In this document: piece by piece, positions 12,672-26,340 of the stretch | How the letters are laid out: each line of letters opens with the position of its first letter | How positions within the stretch are numbered: the stretch's first letter is position 1 | Assembly (NCBI RefSeq): GCF_036321535.1 | Contig: NC_087436.1 | Coordinates: 77,130,001 to 77,194,000, forward strand | Length of the DNA stretch: 64,000 nucleotides | Direction: 5' to 3' | Source of the DNA: Camelus dromedarius | Lineage: Eukaryota | Translations under genes and position numbers: made by a program | The notes under the pieces: model-generated | Databases searched by the model: none | What the model was told of the DNA's origin: nothing | What the model saw: the letters and a program-made list of their open reading frames with translations, nothing else

Positions 12672-13965
12672 CCTTCATTCATTATCTGGTATTGATTGAG
12701 CACCTCCTATTTGTCTATCATTAGTCTAAGCATCAAGTACTGATCAATACAGTGCAGGAAACATACAAAAATTCCTGTATCCAGAGACCATATATTTTAG
12801 TTGGGAAAGAAAGACAACAAACAAACCCTCAAAATATACAGTAAGATAGATGGGCATAAGTGCTTTGGAAAAAAATAAAACAGGTAAAGGGGATAGGAGG
12901 GTGCTGCTGGGTGTGGGGTTGTAGTTTTAAAATGAATGATCAAGAAAGATCTCATTTAGAAGATGACATTTGATTAAAAAGCTGATGGAGCCAAGATAGT
13001 GAGCCATGGAGGATAGGTCGGGGAAGAAACTTCCATGCAGAGGGAGAAATGAGCCAACAGCCTCAGGCAGTCACAAACTTGGTGTGCTTGCCACATTGCA
13101 AGGAGGCCAGTGTGGCTGCAGTGGAGTGATTTAAAGGCAAAAGAGATCAGAGAAATAAAGGGGTGGGGAAGATTCCTGACAGGCCATACTGTAGACCGTG
13201 GCTTTCACTTTTGAGATATGAAACCACTGGAGGGCTTTGCTCAGAGCAGTGACAAAACCTTGTATAAGCGATCTCTCTCTGGCTGTAAGAAGAATAGATT
13301 GAGGTGAGGATACGGATGGAAGCAGGGATACCCATGAGAGGCTACTGTAGTAAGCGAGGGATGGTGCCTCTTGGACCAGGATGATAATGGTGGAGGTGAT
13401 ATGTATACGTGTCTGGGTTCCAGACGTATTTTGAAGATAGGAAAAATAGACTTCTCTAATGATTGAATATAAGGTATGAAGAAGAAAATGACTCAAGGAT
13501 GATTTTAAGTGTTTTTCCTGAGTATCTAGAAGGATGAAATAGCCGTTCAATTAGGAAGGCTGCTGGGAGGAGGATTTTATGGAGGGCTGGAATCTAGAGT
13601 TTGGGTTTCAGACATATCAAGTTAGAGATGCCATGTAGCAATCCAAGTGGCTGTGAAGAGGGGGAATTGGATAAGCATTTTGGAGTTCTGTGGAGAGATC
13701 TGGACTGCGGATGTTAATTTGTGAGTCATTCAAGTATACTGGTATTTAAAGTCATGTGAACAGAGAAGATAGAGAAGAGTTACAGGCAATGAAAAGTTAC
13801 AGGCAACACTTCAACGTGTAGAGGTTCAGGAGATGAGGAAGAACTTACTAGCAGAGACAGAGAAGGGCTAGCCAGGAAGAGAACAAAAGGAGTATGGTGT
13901 TCTGGATACTAAGAGAGGAAAGTAATTTGAGGAGGAGGCAGTGATCAATCATTCCAAATGCTTTT
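12672..13965 (-). mobile_element. L2 LINE 3' portion
   Basis: ttcattcatt...ttgagcacctcctat terminus; aggaggccagtgtggctgcagtggagtga; gttagagatgcc...atccaagtgg; purine-rich antisense L2 pattern. Confidence 0.9.
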
Positions 13966-14819
13966 CTGAGTATGTTTTCGTCTGCAGATGGGTAGTGGTA
14001 GTGTTCTTATTATTTCATGAGGCTATGAGAGTAAGTAAAAATGGAAGAGTTATATTGCACAAGTAGTTTGCACTATACCAAAATGTAGCCACTTCAAATA
14101 TAACTTTGAAGTAAGCAGAGTTTCTTCAGTTAACCATGAAATTGAAAGGCAAGAGTTGCCCTGTTTGATGATCCACAGGCAGCATTTTCACCACCATCAC
14201 CACCACCAGTAAATCATATGGGAAACTGAGTAACTGTCTTTGTTATTTGCCTGTGTCCTAATAGCATCTCTGAAATCTGAAATCATTATTGGGGCATGTT
14301 AGAAAGTTGTTTTTGATAATTTTCCTAGTTTGGAGAAGAGAGTCAAAGAGGCTGCCATGTTTGTGGTGTTTAAAAACATATCCTTTTGAGTTTTCACACT
14401 TAAGCAAAATTAAATGGAGTGACAGATGTTTATCCACTGAATCCCTTTGGCTTAGATAGGTTGGCAGAGTAGCAGGAAATATTCTTGCTTTTAGTATATT
14501 CTTTGGGTACCTAGAATGCTGTTATTACTTCATTTCTTATAAATATAACAATATATGTTAACTTGTTGAGATACTGTTTGTTGGTCCTTTGCATTTCCTT
14601 ACCTCATTTATTTTCCTAGAGCTTCTGCTTGGAGTCCTGAAGGGGAGAGAGAGTCCAACCTGTGAAAGTAAGGAGAGGTGCAGAACAGATTTCCTTCCTG
14701 ACGCAGTAGGATACAGGTTGTCACATCTTTTGAGGTGGAAGGGGTCCATGCCTGCCCTAGAGTAATACCTAGCACAGTGGGCCTCAGGAGCCTGGTTCCT
14801 AAGAAAGGAGGGTCCCAGC

Positions 14820-15195
14820 CACACCATAGAGTCTGTGCGTTAGGTGTGACTCAGGGACAGCCTTCAGCTTCCAGGGCCTATGTGGCTAGAGGCAGCACAT
14901 GCCATTCTTCTGTGTGCCGCTTCTAGGTCTAGCCTGTGTAAATCTGTTGCACGACTCTCCACCTTTTCCCCCAATCCCACCTGCTGGTTGTATGACAACG
15001 TCCGTGGTGCTTTGGAAGGAAGTTGCGTGCTGAAGATGGGTGAGCTTTCACTATCCCGACTCCCTAAATGACTTCATGAATAAATCCCTAATCCTATTCT
15101 GAATAATTTTAAATGAATGAGAAATAAGCTTCTATTGTGTGAAATCATTAAATTTCTAAGTTAATCTGTTAGAGCAGTTAGTGTTATCATAACCA
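14820..15195 (+). mobile_element. Old MLT1-type LTR remnant
   Basis: atgagaaataagcttctattgtgtgaaatcatt...tctgttagagcag resembles an MLT1 3' end. Confidence 0.5.
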
Positions 15196-15479
15196 AAGAT
15201 AGATCCACTCCTCTGCCTCCCCACCCTGCCCCATAACTGGTCTGCCACTGAGAGGTACTGGAGACATTCACACCATCATGTGGATTTGTACCAGACTTCA
15301 CCACCTTCAAATTTAGCTGCCTTGTCAGTTGTGCTTGGTGATCATATTGCTTCTTTTTCTCATTTCCTTCAAGAATTATTTTATTTATTTTACTGTGAAC
15401 ATCCTCATTTGAGTATATGATTTGCATCCTATGTTATAGAAATAGGAAAAAACCTTGATGTCTGAACTTCTTCTAACTC

Positions 15480-16470
15480 CTATCCTGTCCCTTTCTTTCG
15501 TCTACAAACATGCCTGCTTTCATGAACTTTATCCTAGTTCTGTGAAATAATTGGTTCTCTTTCTTCTTAAGACTAATGCCTCCACTTAGATATTAATCTA
15601 ATCTACCTTCTTAGAGCTTTTGGTCCATCTGGGATTCTCAACAGGGCAGCAGCCTTGCTAATTTAACCCATCCTTGGATCCCCAGCAAGAAGTATGATAC
15701 ATGGTGCATAGTGGGTGTTCAAAACAAGTTTCTTAAATGAGAAAAATAAATGCATTTCCTTTAGTGTATTTTCAACATCATCTTCTCTACCAATACTTTT
15801 CCTCCTTAATATATAGTTAATTCTGTCCCTATGAAAAACAAATGAAGTAAATAAAACTTCCTCAACCTTTAAACTCCTCCAACTCCTGCTCTAGTTTCCT
15901 TCATTAGATGAGCCACCTTTCTGAGAGAGTCATTATATGCAGCCACCTCCTCAACCCACTATAGCCAGACTTCTGTCTCCATCACTTCACTAAGTGATTT
16001 TTGCTAAGGTCAGCAAGACTTTGTAGTTTTTAAAATCAGAGTATATCACCACTCTTCTGGTCTTAGTTTCCTTGATTTCTCTGTTGAATTTCTCGCTGTT
16101 GTCACACCCCTGCCCCCACCACAATTTGTTTCTTTGACACATAGTTTTGGTTTTTCCTTATCTCTCTGCTCTTGCCCTCCCACCATCGATTTATTTATTA
16201 ATTCTGGTGGCACTGATTTTGCTTTCTTCTCTCTTTATATACTCTAAGTGATCTCATCCCACCCATGCTTTCCCAACTCACAACAGCTGCAACTCCCGCC
16301 CAGTTTCAGATCTGTTTATTCAACAATTCACTGGTTGACCCATAGATTCTTCAAACTCAACATGTCTCAAAGTGCGGTCATCAGCCTGTCACCCTGAGAA
16401 ACTTCCTCTTCTCCCTAAATTTCCCTTTTTCAGTGAATAACAGGGTCCTAATAATAGCCTGTACAGGAAA
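15480..16470 (+). mobile_element. Degraded L2 fragments
   Basis: ctcctcaacccact...ttctgtctccatcacttcact...ttgctaaggtcagcaa and tcaaactcaacatgtctcaa are L2 motifs. Confidence 0.65.
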
Positions 16471-17043
16471 TTTTAGGTTTTTTCCCTTCAACATACTACT
16501 TCAATCTAGAGTACTAGAGAACAAGGTAGTGAGAGTAGGAGAAGTTGACTCCTCAGGATAACAGAATAGGACCAGGTGAATATCTGAGCAAAACCAGAAG
16601 TAGAGGAGGAAGCTATGCACATGAGGTTGTTTTGAAGTTGCAGATCTGAGAAAAGAAATCACCTGCTCCCTCAAGCAGTGAGTGGGATGGGAATAATCAT
16701 CAAAACCTAGCTTTTGGCAACATCAAGTTGGAATAAAATGATTAACATTTTAAAAATAAATCTATTTAACATAAGACATTAAAATGGAGGAAGAGAAACA
16801 TGAAACTAAACACTCAGAAGAAAAGCAAAATTCTGAAAATCATCTATAGCAAATGGCTGTTTTAGAAACATGATCATAGGAATGAATCAATTAGGAATGA
16901 ATGCTATAAAATTATATAAAGAAAGAACATGAGGTGTGATCAAGAAACTGAAGAATTTCATGATCAAAAGGAAATGGCCTTAAACCAATTAAATGTATTT
17001 AGTTGAAATAATCTGAGGTCCTTCTAGTTTTTCATATGTTTTA

Positions 17044-17500
17044 TGCATCTGTCTGCTGGGCTGCCATAAAAGATACCATAGGCTGAAGTGGCTTAAGCAA
17101 CAGAAATTTATTTTCTCCCAGTTCTAGAGGCTGGAAGTCCAAGATCAAGGTTCCATCAGGGTTGGTTTCTGGTGAGGCATCTTTTCGTGGCTTACAGATG
17201 TCTGCTTTCTCACTGTGTCCTCAGAAGGCCTCTTCTTTATGTGTGTGCAGATTGGGAGAGAGAGAGACAGAGACAGAGACAGAGACAGAGACAGAGACAG
17301 AGACAGAGACAGACAGAGAAGATGAATCTCTGGTGTCTTCCTCTTCTTATGAGTACTAACCCTATTAGATTAGGGCCCCGCTCTTAGGACTTCATTTAAT
17401 GTTAATGATCTCACTAAAAGTCCTATCTCCAAATACAGTCTCATTGGGCATTAGGGGTTCAACATACGAATTTTAGGGGGATACAGTTCAGTCCACAACA
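17044..17500 (-). mobile_element. MLT1A solo LTR
   Basis: ctgggctgccataa...gcaacagaaatttatttt...ggctggaagtccaagatcaagg...atctccaaatacagtc...cagttcagtccacaaca. Near-TSD tttta/ttata. Confidence 0.92.
17256..17319. repeat. (GA)n/(GAGACA)n microsatellite inside the MLT1A LTR
   Basis: About eight gagaca units; this is the source of the ETETET/RQRQRQ pseudo-ORFs. Confidence 0.97.
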
Positions 17501-20500
17501 TTATATAAACACAGCAGAGATTTACTGAAGTGATATTTTGTGTCCTAGGTAATATTATTACTTCCATGCCATAGGCTCACTTGCACCAACATTAAAACTC
17601 TACCAGTCCAACCAGGTCTTCCTTATCTGCAAATATCTGCAACATTTCACTTTTAAAGTTAAAACTGACTTTAAATTAGAGATACATAAACGTACCTAAA
17701 TTCAGCCAAGATCATGTTGTTTTTGGCTGCCTTTGACTAAATAACAAGAAAACTAATTTTGACTTTATTTTGTAAAGTAAAAGAAAAAAAAATGCACACT
17801 CCAATAAAGAGCTTTCCATGCCAACTTTAAGCCTGGAGCCAATGTGAAAACCAAATTGTAACTCCCTGAAATGTAAACGGTTGCTAGAACCTTAACATTA
17901 CTGTGCTGCCAATTGCTTACTGTAACATTTACTTACATTTCTGGTACTTAAGCTGAAGAAAACTGAATGTAGCTGCATAGTTCAAGACACATGAAACTAT
18001 GTGCTATATTTTCTATGCATTTTACTCTTTTCAACATTCATTAAGAAAATGATGATTTTTACCTAGAAGTGAAAAAGGTGACATTCACTGGCCACTCAAA
18101 ACATTGCAGTGCTAAATGGTACACCCATAGTGTGTGATGCACAACTGGAAAAACAATGAGTATCTTTCAATTTTACAATATTTAAAGCTTTGCTCCTAAA
18201 ATTTCAGAGCTTTACAGATGAGGTATATCGTCCAGGATTCCAAACTTCAAAGGCTTAAAAAATAAACTGCAAACCAGCAAACTTTTCGTTTTTGTTTTAC
18301 TTCCATTATTTTTGTAACCTTTCCTTTTAAACACACTTTTTCTTGCATTTGCCATTTGCAGATGAAGTTAGTAGTACTCAAATAATTCATTTTTAATAAA
18401 TTTTAAATGGGCTAAGCTTTCTGTGAGTTGTACCAAATAACAGAAAACTGTAAATTCCAGACATTTTATAATTTCTTCTACCTTGTCATAATATTTTGAC
18501 ATCTTCTTGTGAGCTTCATATTAAAAATGTACCTGGCATATTATTGATTAATTGAAAAACAAGGATCCTCTGAACTGTAGAGAATACTTTTATGTTTTTT
18601 ACTTTTTCAGTTATTTAATTTTCTACTCTGGCAAGATAAAACGGAGGAGTCTTTTTTTCTCTATGATGAGCCTAATATTTTTATTAAGAGTGGCATTTTT
18701 CATAATTCCATTTTAAAATTATTTTTCCATGGCTAAGTTTCTTTCAGGTATTTATTAATTTTTATTTACAATTAATAGCAGAATAAAAATTACAATTCTT
18801 GCGTGTGTGTGGAACCTAAATGATTTGGATTATTTTAGTAAATTACTATGCATTGTATGTACTGGACCTTATTTTCCATCAGACATAAGTCAAGAATAGA
18901 CAAAAATAGAATTTGCTATTTCTATTTTATATGATGCCCTAATTAGGATAACAAAAATGCCAGGGATACAGAATAAGCTGACAGGCAGAGGAGGGCAATG
19001 ATGCTGGAGGTGGGGGTCACAGTTCCCCCTGAAGGGGAGACAGGACGGTTATAGTTTACTGCATAAGAAAAGAGGTGGTGGGTCACAGAGGCAAAGATTC
19101 CAAAATGCCCCACAGATCCCGGGAGCAACCTGAGATAATGCATCATGACTGGAGTGAGGGATCCAAATGCTTCAACTTTCTGTATCCTTCACTGCTCTTC
19201 CGTCTCTTCCACACTTTAAAAACTGTTGCTATATTATGAGGAAATTAAAATACATTCCTGTCTCTCCCTCTCACCTTGGGAGAGTGAAAGAGAAAGAAAA
19301 TCAAGGAAAGAAATGGAGTGACATAGAATGAAAAACCAAACCAAACCAACACACTAACAAATCACAGCCTTCCTGCACATTTTGGAGCTTTTCTTTAATG
19401 TTTTAACCCTCTGTAGACTGTTTTTCCTTGAACATACGTGAGCAGGGCTTCTGAGACATGCGGTCCCAAAGAAAATAAAAAGGGCGTGCCCAATGAATAA
19501 ACACCGTGTGTGATTAACATTCCCAGCCGGAGGATTGCAGCAGGGCAACTTAAGCTGTATTTCACACACAGACGAATGTAAACTCCTCTTTCATTCAGCA
19601 GCCATAATTTCTGGGAAGAAACAGATCCTCTCAGAGTTTCAGAGGAGCACAGAATTTCCAGGTTTTGAGGTCCGCAGTGGCAATTTTTAAATTTTTTAAT
19701 TTAAGTGAAGATCCCTGAAAATACTTCAGGATACCTTAAAACACCCAAATCATTTTCTAGTAATTTAAAATGTTTGTGAGCTAATAATCAAGGAAAAAAT
19801 ATCTAATGGAAAGGAAAAATAGTTTTTATGTAATGTCTTCTCAGACTTGAATGGCATCTACTTAAATATATATATTTTAAAAATGGCATGAAGTACAAAT
19901 TAGAAGCCCTTTTTGAGCCAAAATCTGTCTAGACCTTTTCTGCAAAGAAGCATGTCATGGAAATATCACCAAAATATTCATTGTTGTGTTCTTTCAAACA
20001 AAAGGAAGCAAATATTTTTAGGTTTTAAAAATTCTCTGTGATTTGCTTATCAATGTTTGAAGAAAGGAAATTTGTGAAGATTTCTCTCCGTATATTTTTT
20101 AAATAAATATGCATAACTATCTAAAATAGGCACACATTATATAGAACCATATTTCAAAATGTTTAACCTGAAGGCTCAGTTTGGAATTGTTGTCCTGTTG
20201 TGGACTGTTGCCCAGCACGAGGACTACGGTGAATGGTCATGGGGACCTTCTGCTCCTTGGCAATTGTTTTCCTTCCAGTTCCCTTGAAACCGACTGTGAT
20301 AGAGAGGGCTTATTCCCTTCTCCAGCCCACCCCAAACCACAGAGAATCAGCTGAGGGCAGCATTTTTCATCCCTCAGCTCCTGAATTCTGTTTTCACTGA
20401 TCTGGCCCCCAGTAGCCGACTGCAGGTAATCTTGACCACCCTATCACATGCTCTCTCACCCCAGGCTGCTGCGGTTTTGCATCGCCTCAGACCCTCCAAC

Positions 20501-20769
20501 TGCAGGGTACAGGCACAATGAGAGCATCTAGAGATGTGTATCAGCACCCAGAGATGAAAAAGCTGTGTTCTAAGGCTTTGTTTAGGAACCTGCAGGAGGG
20601 CAATCCTGTGTCTCTCTATCAGTTACAGAGAAGGGGTGGTTCTCTATTCTACCAGGAGGATTTTAGGGTCAACATTCTAGTAGAAGGCTACAGAGCTATT
20701 GCCTTGAAGCTATGTTTGAATAGTGGGTCCACTGATTTTCTCTTAGGCTGTGTTTTTGTGGGTTTGGGG

Positions 20770-20965
20770 CAGGAGTGTGCTGGAGCCAGGTTTCACAAGC
20801 TAGCAAGCCCATTGGGCACTTCTCTTCCCAGATAGGCCATCAGCTGGTAGCTTGAAATTGGCCAAGGTGCGAGTTCTTACACCTTTATGCCACATATACT
20901 GGCAAATGCTGTCAATCAGGACTTCTGTCCCTCCTCCATCCCACCGCAGCCAGGTTTGGGGATGT
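20770..20965. mobile_element. MER63-like hAT-Blackjack MITE
   Basis: gtgtgctggagcc...tctcttccca...tggtagcttgaaattggcca...ggcaaatgct...aatcagg. Confidence 0.75.
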
Positions 20966-21752
20966 TGCTAAAGACTGGAGCAGAGCAGCTAAAGCCATTC
21001 TAAGCCAATACCTAGGGGGTACCACTCTCTTAACCACTTCTTAAAATGCAAACCTTGCCTCACTTTTCTCCTTTGCTCTCATCATTTTGCTCTAGATTTC
21101 CTCTCCAGATTATTCCATCTCCTCCTCTCCAACTTTCCCCATTCTACCTTTCTTGTAAACTCATCTGCCTCCTGAATCTCTTCCCAGAAAGTTTCCCAAT
21201 TCCCCGCCTTGTCTCTGCCAGGCAGGATACTTAGTCCACAACCTCGCTGACACCTGCGTCCCAGTTGTTCCGCATGTGGAAGAATATTTTCCTTTCATGC
21301 GCCCTCCAACACTGGACTGTGTGGTACAGACTAGATAATGGAGCTCTTAATGCTAAGTGATTTGATACAAGTGTGGATGAGGGTCAACCTGCAGAAAGAA
21401 AAAGTTGGTACCACATAGGCTTTTTGTTAGCTGTTTTTTGCCCTTATATGCAATCCAGATTAATAAAATAAGATTTAACAGAAATGTGAGCACTGTAGAT
21501 GTCTTTAATAAAAGAATATAGTGAGAACCAAAGTGAGCATTGGTTCCTTTGTTTGCTTTAGAAAACACATTGGTAATTGTGGTTTAGGAAAAGATGTTAT
21601 TTCTAGATACGACCTTGGGCTCCTCTTTCATTATCCTTTATCTCAGTGTCTGGACTTACATTACCAAATAAATTTGGATAATTAATAAAAAGCAATCAGC
21701 AAAAATACTCTATTAAGTGTGGTATATATTTAGAAACTATAAAGTTCACGGC

Positions 21753-21942
21753 CAGTGGTTTCAGTATGTGGTCCCTGACTAGCAACATCAGTATCCTATG
21801 GGAACCTGTCAGAAATGCAGATTCTCTGGCCACACGTCACATCTACTGCATCGGAAACTCTGATTGAGGCAAGGTCCTGGGATCCGTGTTTTTCCTCAGG
21901 CCCTCCAGGTGATTCTGATGCCTGCTGGTTTTGAGAACCATT
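21753..21942. mobile_element. MER5A hAT-Charlie MITE
   Basis: cagtggtt...gtggtccc...agaaatgcagattct...ccctccaggtgattctgatgc...ttgagaacca. Confidence 0.92.
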
Positions 21943-21994
21943 CTTTTCTGGGCTGTGGCCACAGAGTTGACTGCCAATGTGGTGCTGTCTTTTT

Positions 21995-22200
21995 ATTGAA
22001 GGAGAACATGGGATTTGGAGTAACAAGATGTATATAAATATTTATGAATAAAATTCATTACTATTTAGGTGACCTGGGGCAAGCTACTAAGTTTTCTCAT
22101 TTCTACAAACGCTTTTCTCATTTATTAAGTGAGAATAATAACAGTGCCTAATTCAAAAGATATTCTGTGTGAAAGCATGTAAAAATTATGCATTAGTATA
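21995..22200 (+). mobile_element. MIR SINE remnant
   Basis: gtgacctggggcaagctactaa...ttttctcatt...aagtgagaataataacagtgcct. Confidence 0.65.
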
Positions 22201-23689
22201 CATATAATATTAATAGTAATAGTATTAACAATAGCTAACAATATATAGGATGTAGTGTTGGGATGTTAGGAAAGGAAGTCATTTAATATATTATCTTTCT
22301 CTAATCAAAGAAAGCAGGTAAGAAATTTCCTTTAGAAGTTTAATGGCAGGAAAAATGTTTTATTTTTTCTCAAGAAATAAATGCCCCTATTTATTTCTGC
22401 TAATGAGAATTACATTATTTTCCATGTGTTCATTTTTACTTTGTTTGCTGGGATACTTAGGACAAAATTTGATACTCGTCCCATCAATTATTTAAGGATG
22501 CCTGTGTAATATATTTACTTACCATTTTCTGTGGTTCTTGTTATCTATTTTTTAAAAATTTACTTTATTTTATATAAGTCCTTAATTACTTACTTACTCC
22601 CTCACACTTACTTCTTTTTTTTTTTTTTTGTCTAAGTGAAAAATAAAAGAGAGAAAGAAGAAAAAAAGCTAAGTTATTATTTGATTTAGCAAAATAACTT
22701 TACTTAGGGATGCTAGGAATATCAGGAAAGCCTCCAGGAAGGAACGCCTCTGTGTTCTTTCTGTGGTCATCAGCTTTCTCAGGTTCAGCCTCTCCTTTGC
22801 ATAGTGAAAACTGATTTTCCAGCACCACGTAGTGAAAAGAGCACTAGGCAGTATTCAGGAAAACCAGCCACAAGCCTCTGCCACCTTGGACATGTCATAC
22901 GTTCAGTTCCCTCATCACTTATAAAGATCAAATAATAAAAATGTATGTAAAAATGCTTGGGAAATAACAAAACTCTACACAGCTTGAAGCTGATGTATAC
23001 AAACTTTTGGTTGCATAGATACCATTTGTTAAATACATGAATAAACAGTGAATGAATGAATTCTCAGTCTGCTTTCTTCTCTTTCTTTCTCTTTCTATTG
23101 TTGTGCCTGAATATTGGCTCCCAGAGTGAAGTTTAGAGCAATGTTTAAATAAATCAAATTCATTTTGTCATTAAGAACATGATATCTACAGTCCATGTAG
23201 ATATCAGCTCAATAGGAAATGTGATACTTTTAAGTACTTTATACAGATGTAATTGTTATTATATGTATTATGACTGAGTCACTTGATGTCATTTAATGGC
23301 CCATACTTGTTTGTGTTTTCTTCATATTCAATCTTGGATTGACAGTTGTCTCAATTTCATGAGAATATTTTGTTGACTTAAAAACTGTCAGTTATTTTGT
23401 GAATCAGGAATAATAATAGCATGACATGTTCTTAATGAAATCCTGGGTTGCATTTTGACAGTTTTTACCGAAGTGCCATCTTTCATCCAGTGGAAAATTG
23501 CCTCATTAGAAATATTCAAAACTGAGAAAATAGGATAGAATGGGGGAGAGAGATTATATTTTAGCAGAGAAATTAACTACGAATTTTTTTGTTTTGCATT
23601 CTGTAGACAATCATTTTGTACAGTTAAGCAGTTTGGAAACCATATCAAATGAAGTTAAATTCTAAATAAAATAAGCTGATGTTATTACA

Positions 23690-23925
23690 AAGCAGTAATA
23701 ATGACATTAATAGTTACTTTGCATTATTATCAGGCATTATATAATCCACAAAATAACCCTCTACAGGGAGATATCACAGTTTTCTCGATTTTGCAAAGGA
23801 AGACCTGAGGCTTGAGGATTTACATAATCTGCTCTAGCCTCACAGTAGTAGGTTGTTCCGCTAAAATATGAGCTGAAACTGTCTGCCTTCAAAACCTGTA
23901 TTTATAACCACTGGCCATACCCTAA
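23690..23925 (-). mobile_element. MIR SINE remnant
   Basis: aatccacaaaataaccct...attttgcaaaggaagacctgaggctt...tgtctgccttcaaa...taaccact. Confidence 0.65.
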
Positions 23926-25234
23926 AAGTTATTGTACACTATTTTAACACTTTAACTATATTTGATAACAGATAGATACATCAGAAAACTAAACCAGCGC
24001 CTTCTCCCTGCAAAAAGAATCCCAAGATAAAACCCAAAACAACAGCTTTAAAAAAGCAAAACCCTAAAATGAAAACAAATCTCCCCAAACCCAAACCAGT
24101 TAACAAATGTTATTATTGTTGACAAATTTATTGGTAATGTATGTCATAGTCCTAATATATTTTTTAAAAAACACTGCTATGCCATTTAACAGATTTTGGC
24201 AGGAAAAATCCTCTTGTGGCATTACTTCCATGCAACCGTAAAAAGAATCCTTGCTAAATGCCAGCAAATGAGGTGGTAATAACTTCAAACTACTTTACTC
24301 AGCAGGGAGATGCTCAGCAGGGGAAAAAAAAAGATGTGCTTTCCATCTCTTAATTTTCAGCGTAAAACAATGATAGGAGGTTCAGGTGTGCTTCGTGAAT
24401 CCTTGAAGTTGAGGGGGTATTAACCTGCTAAGTAAGATGTAGTGATTTTACAAAAACGACCTATTTTCAAAATCAAGCATTCAGACGCCACAGCGTGACT
24501 GCCAGTGTTTCTTTAGCTGCTAGATGGGAGAGCCCTTGCGCTCCTTCCCACACACCTGTGTTTACATTGAGGCCTTGGCAGCACATGACCCCGCAGCCAT
24601 CCCTCACTCACAGCTTTCGGTTTGCTTTCAGCCATGGCAAGCCACACTGTCCCTGCACTTTCACTAGCTAGCACTGTTAGAATGTTGACTTAGGAGTCCT
24701 AAGCTTGGAATTTAATATAAATCAGTTTGTTGAATCTCACTCGTTTTAGAATGTTACACAGACATTTTCTTAAATCCTAAACTGGAATCGATTATGTCTT
24801 GTAAATACCGTTGAACTTTAAAATAAGGGTGGAGGGGGGAGTTGTTTTCGTGTAACTTTTTGCTTTTATATGGACTTAAGATATTTCTCCCTACTTTCTT
24901 AGAAAATGGAGATCATGGACTTAAAACAAGTTAGTTATTTAGTAAGCAAAAGAGGAGGGGGATAATGTTTCTTTGAGCCTTCTTAGGTTTCAGGTGCAAG
25001 ACATTAAAGCAAAAGAAATCTATAACAATCCACCTTTGCAGTGATGGTTAGTTTTTAGATGCTACTTTTTTTATGGAAAATTTGATGCATAATTAATCTT
25101 TTCATCAAAATATATGCTGTTGGTCAGAACCTGATGAATGAATAGTGGAGTGCATTGACCTCTAGATTTCTTAGGAAATAGGAGGTACTGTGGCAATATT
25201 CAGCTGCAGTGAGTGTGACTGATGTGATTAATTG

Positions 25235-25620
25235 GTATTCAGTTCATTGACTCATGAAAAAAAAGCTATGCTTTCCAATAGATATATTGATAAAGAAGAT
25301 AATCAGCTCCTGCCCGCAAGGAGCTTGAAATTATTTAGAGGTTAGAGACAAGCAAGTAGACCATTACAATAAAGTATAAATACGCGAATAGATGTGGAGA
25401 GTGCCCTGGAAATCCACAGGAGGGACCCCTAACCCAGATGCTGTGGGGCCAGGAAAACCCACACAGAGAGGGAGATACAGCCAAAGTGAGACCTGATAGG
25501 TGAGTAGGGGCCAGCCAGGTAAGGAGCTGGGTAAAGAATATTCTAGGAAGAAGTCAGAGCATGTGTGAATTCCCAAAACCAAAAATATATTTCTACGAAA
25601 GAAATTCAGTAAAATGAGTC
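25235..25620 (-). mobile_element. L2 3' fragment
   Basis: ctcctgcccgcaaggagcttg, gggacccctaacccag, gtgagacctgataggtgagtagg. Confidence 0.65.
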
Positions 25621-26092
25621 TGAGGCCAGTATCGTTAATCCTTCCCAAGCGGTTGTAAGGTTTAATTTTAAATTTATAGTTTTCAATAGATTAAAATAAT
25701 CCTATGCTTTAAAAAATGCAATGTGCTACTTTTTTAGGGAGATAAATTGTCTCTTATGGAATATCTCCTTGATTTAGATGTTTTGTGCCCTTTTGGAGTA
25801 AAATAGAACACAACCTGTTCAAAAAAATTAGAAATTTTGTTTTACTCAATGAACTACCAAAGAGAGGTTGATTATAAACTACATTAAAACTAAAACTCTT
25901 TTTGCTATTAAAAAATTTCTACTATTAAAAATGTTTATTATAAATAATTTTTATTATTTAACACATATTTTGACCATTTAAAATCATGACTTTAAGATTG
26001 AAATTAATGAATAAATTTAAATTATAAATAGAAATTTAATTTAGTTTAATAAATTAATTTAATGGATACATTGAAATTAGAATTGAAATTTA

Positions 26093-26340
26093 ATGAATAA
26101 GCTCTGGGGATCTCAGGTACAGTATACTGATTATAGTTTGTATTATATACTTGAAAGTTGCTATGAGAGTAAATTGTAAATATCATCACAAAAAAGAAAT
26201 GAAAATTATGTGACATAATGCAGGTGTTAGCTAACACTACAGTGGTAATCACTATGCAGTATTAAGTATATGAAATCATGTTGTACACCTTAAACTTATG
26301 TAATATTAATATTCAATTATAGCCTAATAAAGCTGGAACA
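26093..26340 (+). mobile_element. L1 3' UTR fragment (L1MA9/L1MB-like)
   Basis: tatacttgaaagttgctatgagagtaaat...gttgtacaccttaaactta...aataaagctgg. Confidence 0.85.

Noticed and set aside
17162..17387. ET- and RQ-repeat ORFs
   Set aside because: They are translations of the (GAGACA)n microsatellite inside MLT1A.
22270..22322. Strong donor CAG|GTAAGA with a 48-nt open frame upstream
   Set aside because: The acceptor is purine-rich and weak, it adjoins a MIR, and the peptide is not recognisable.
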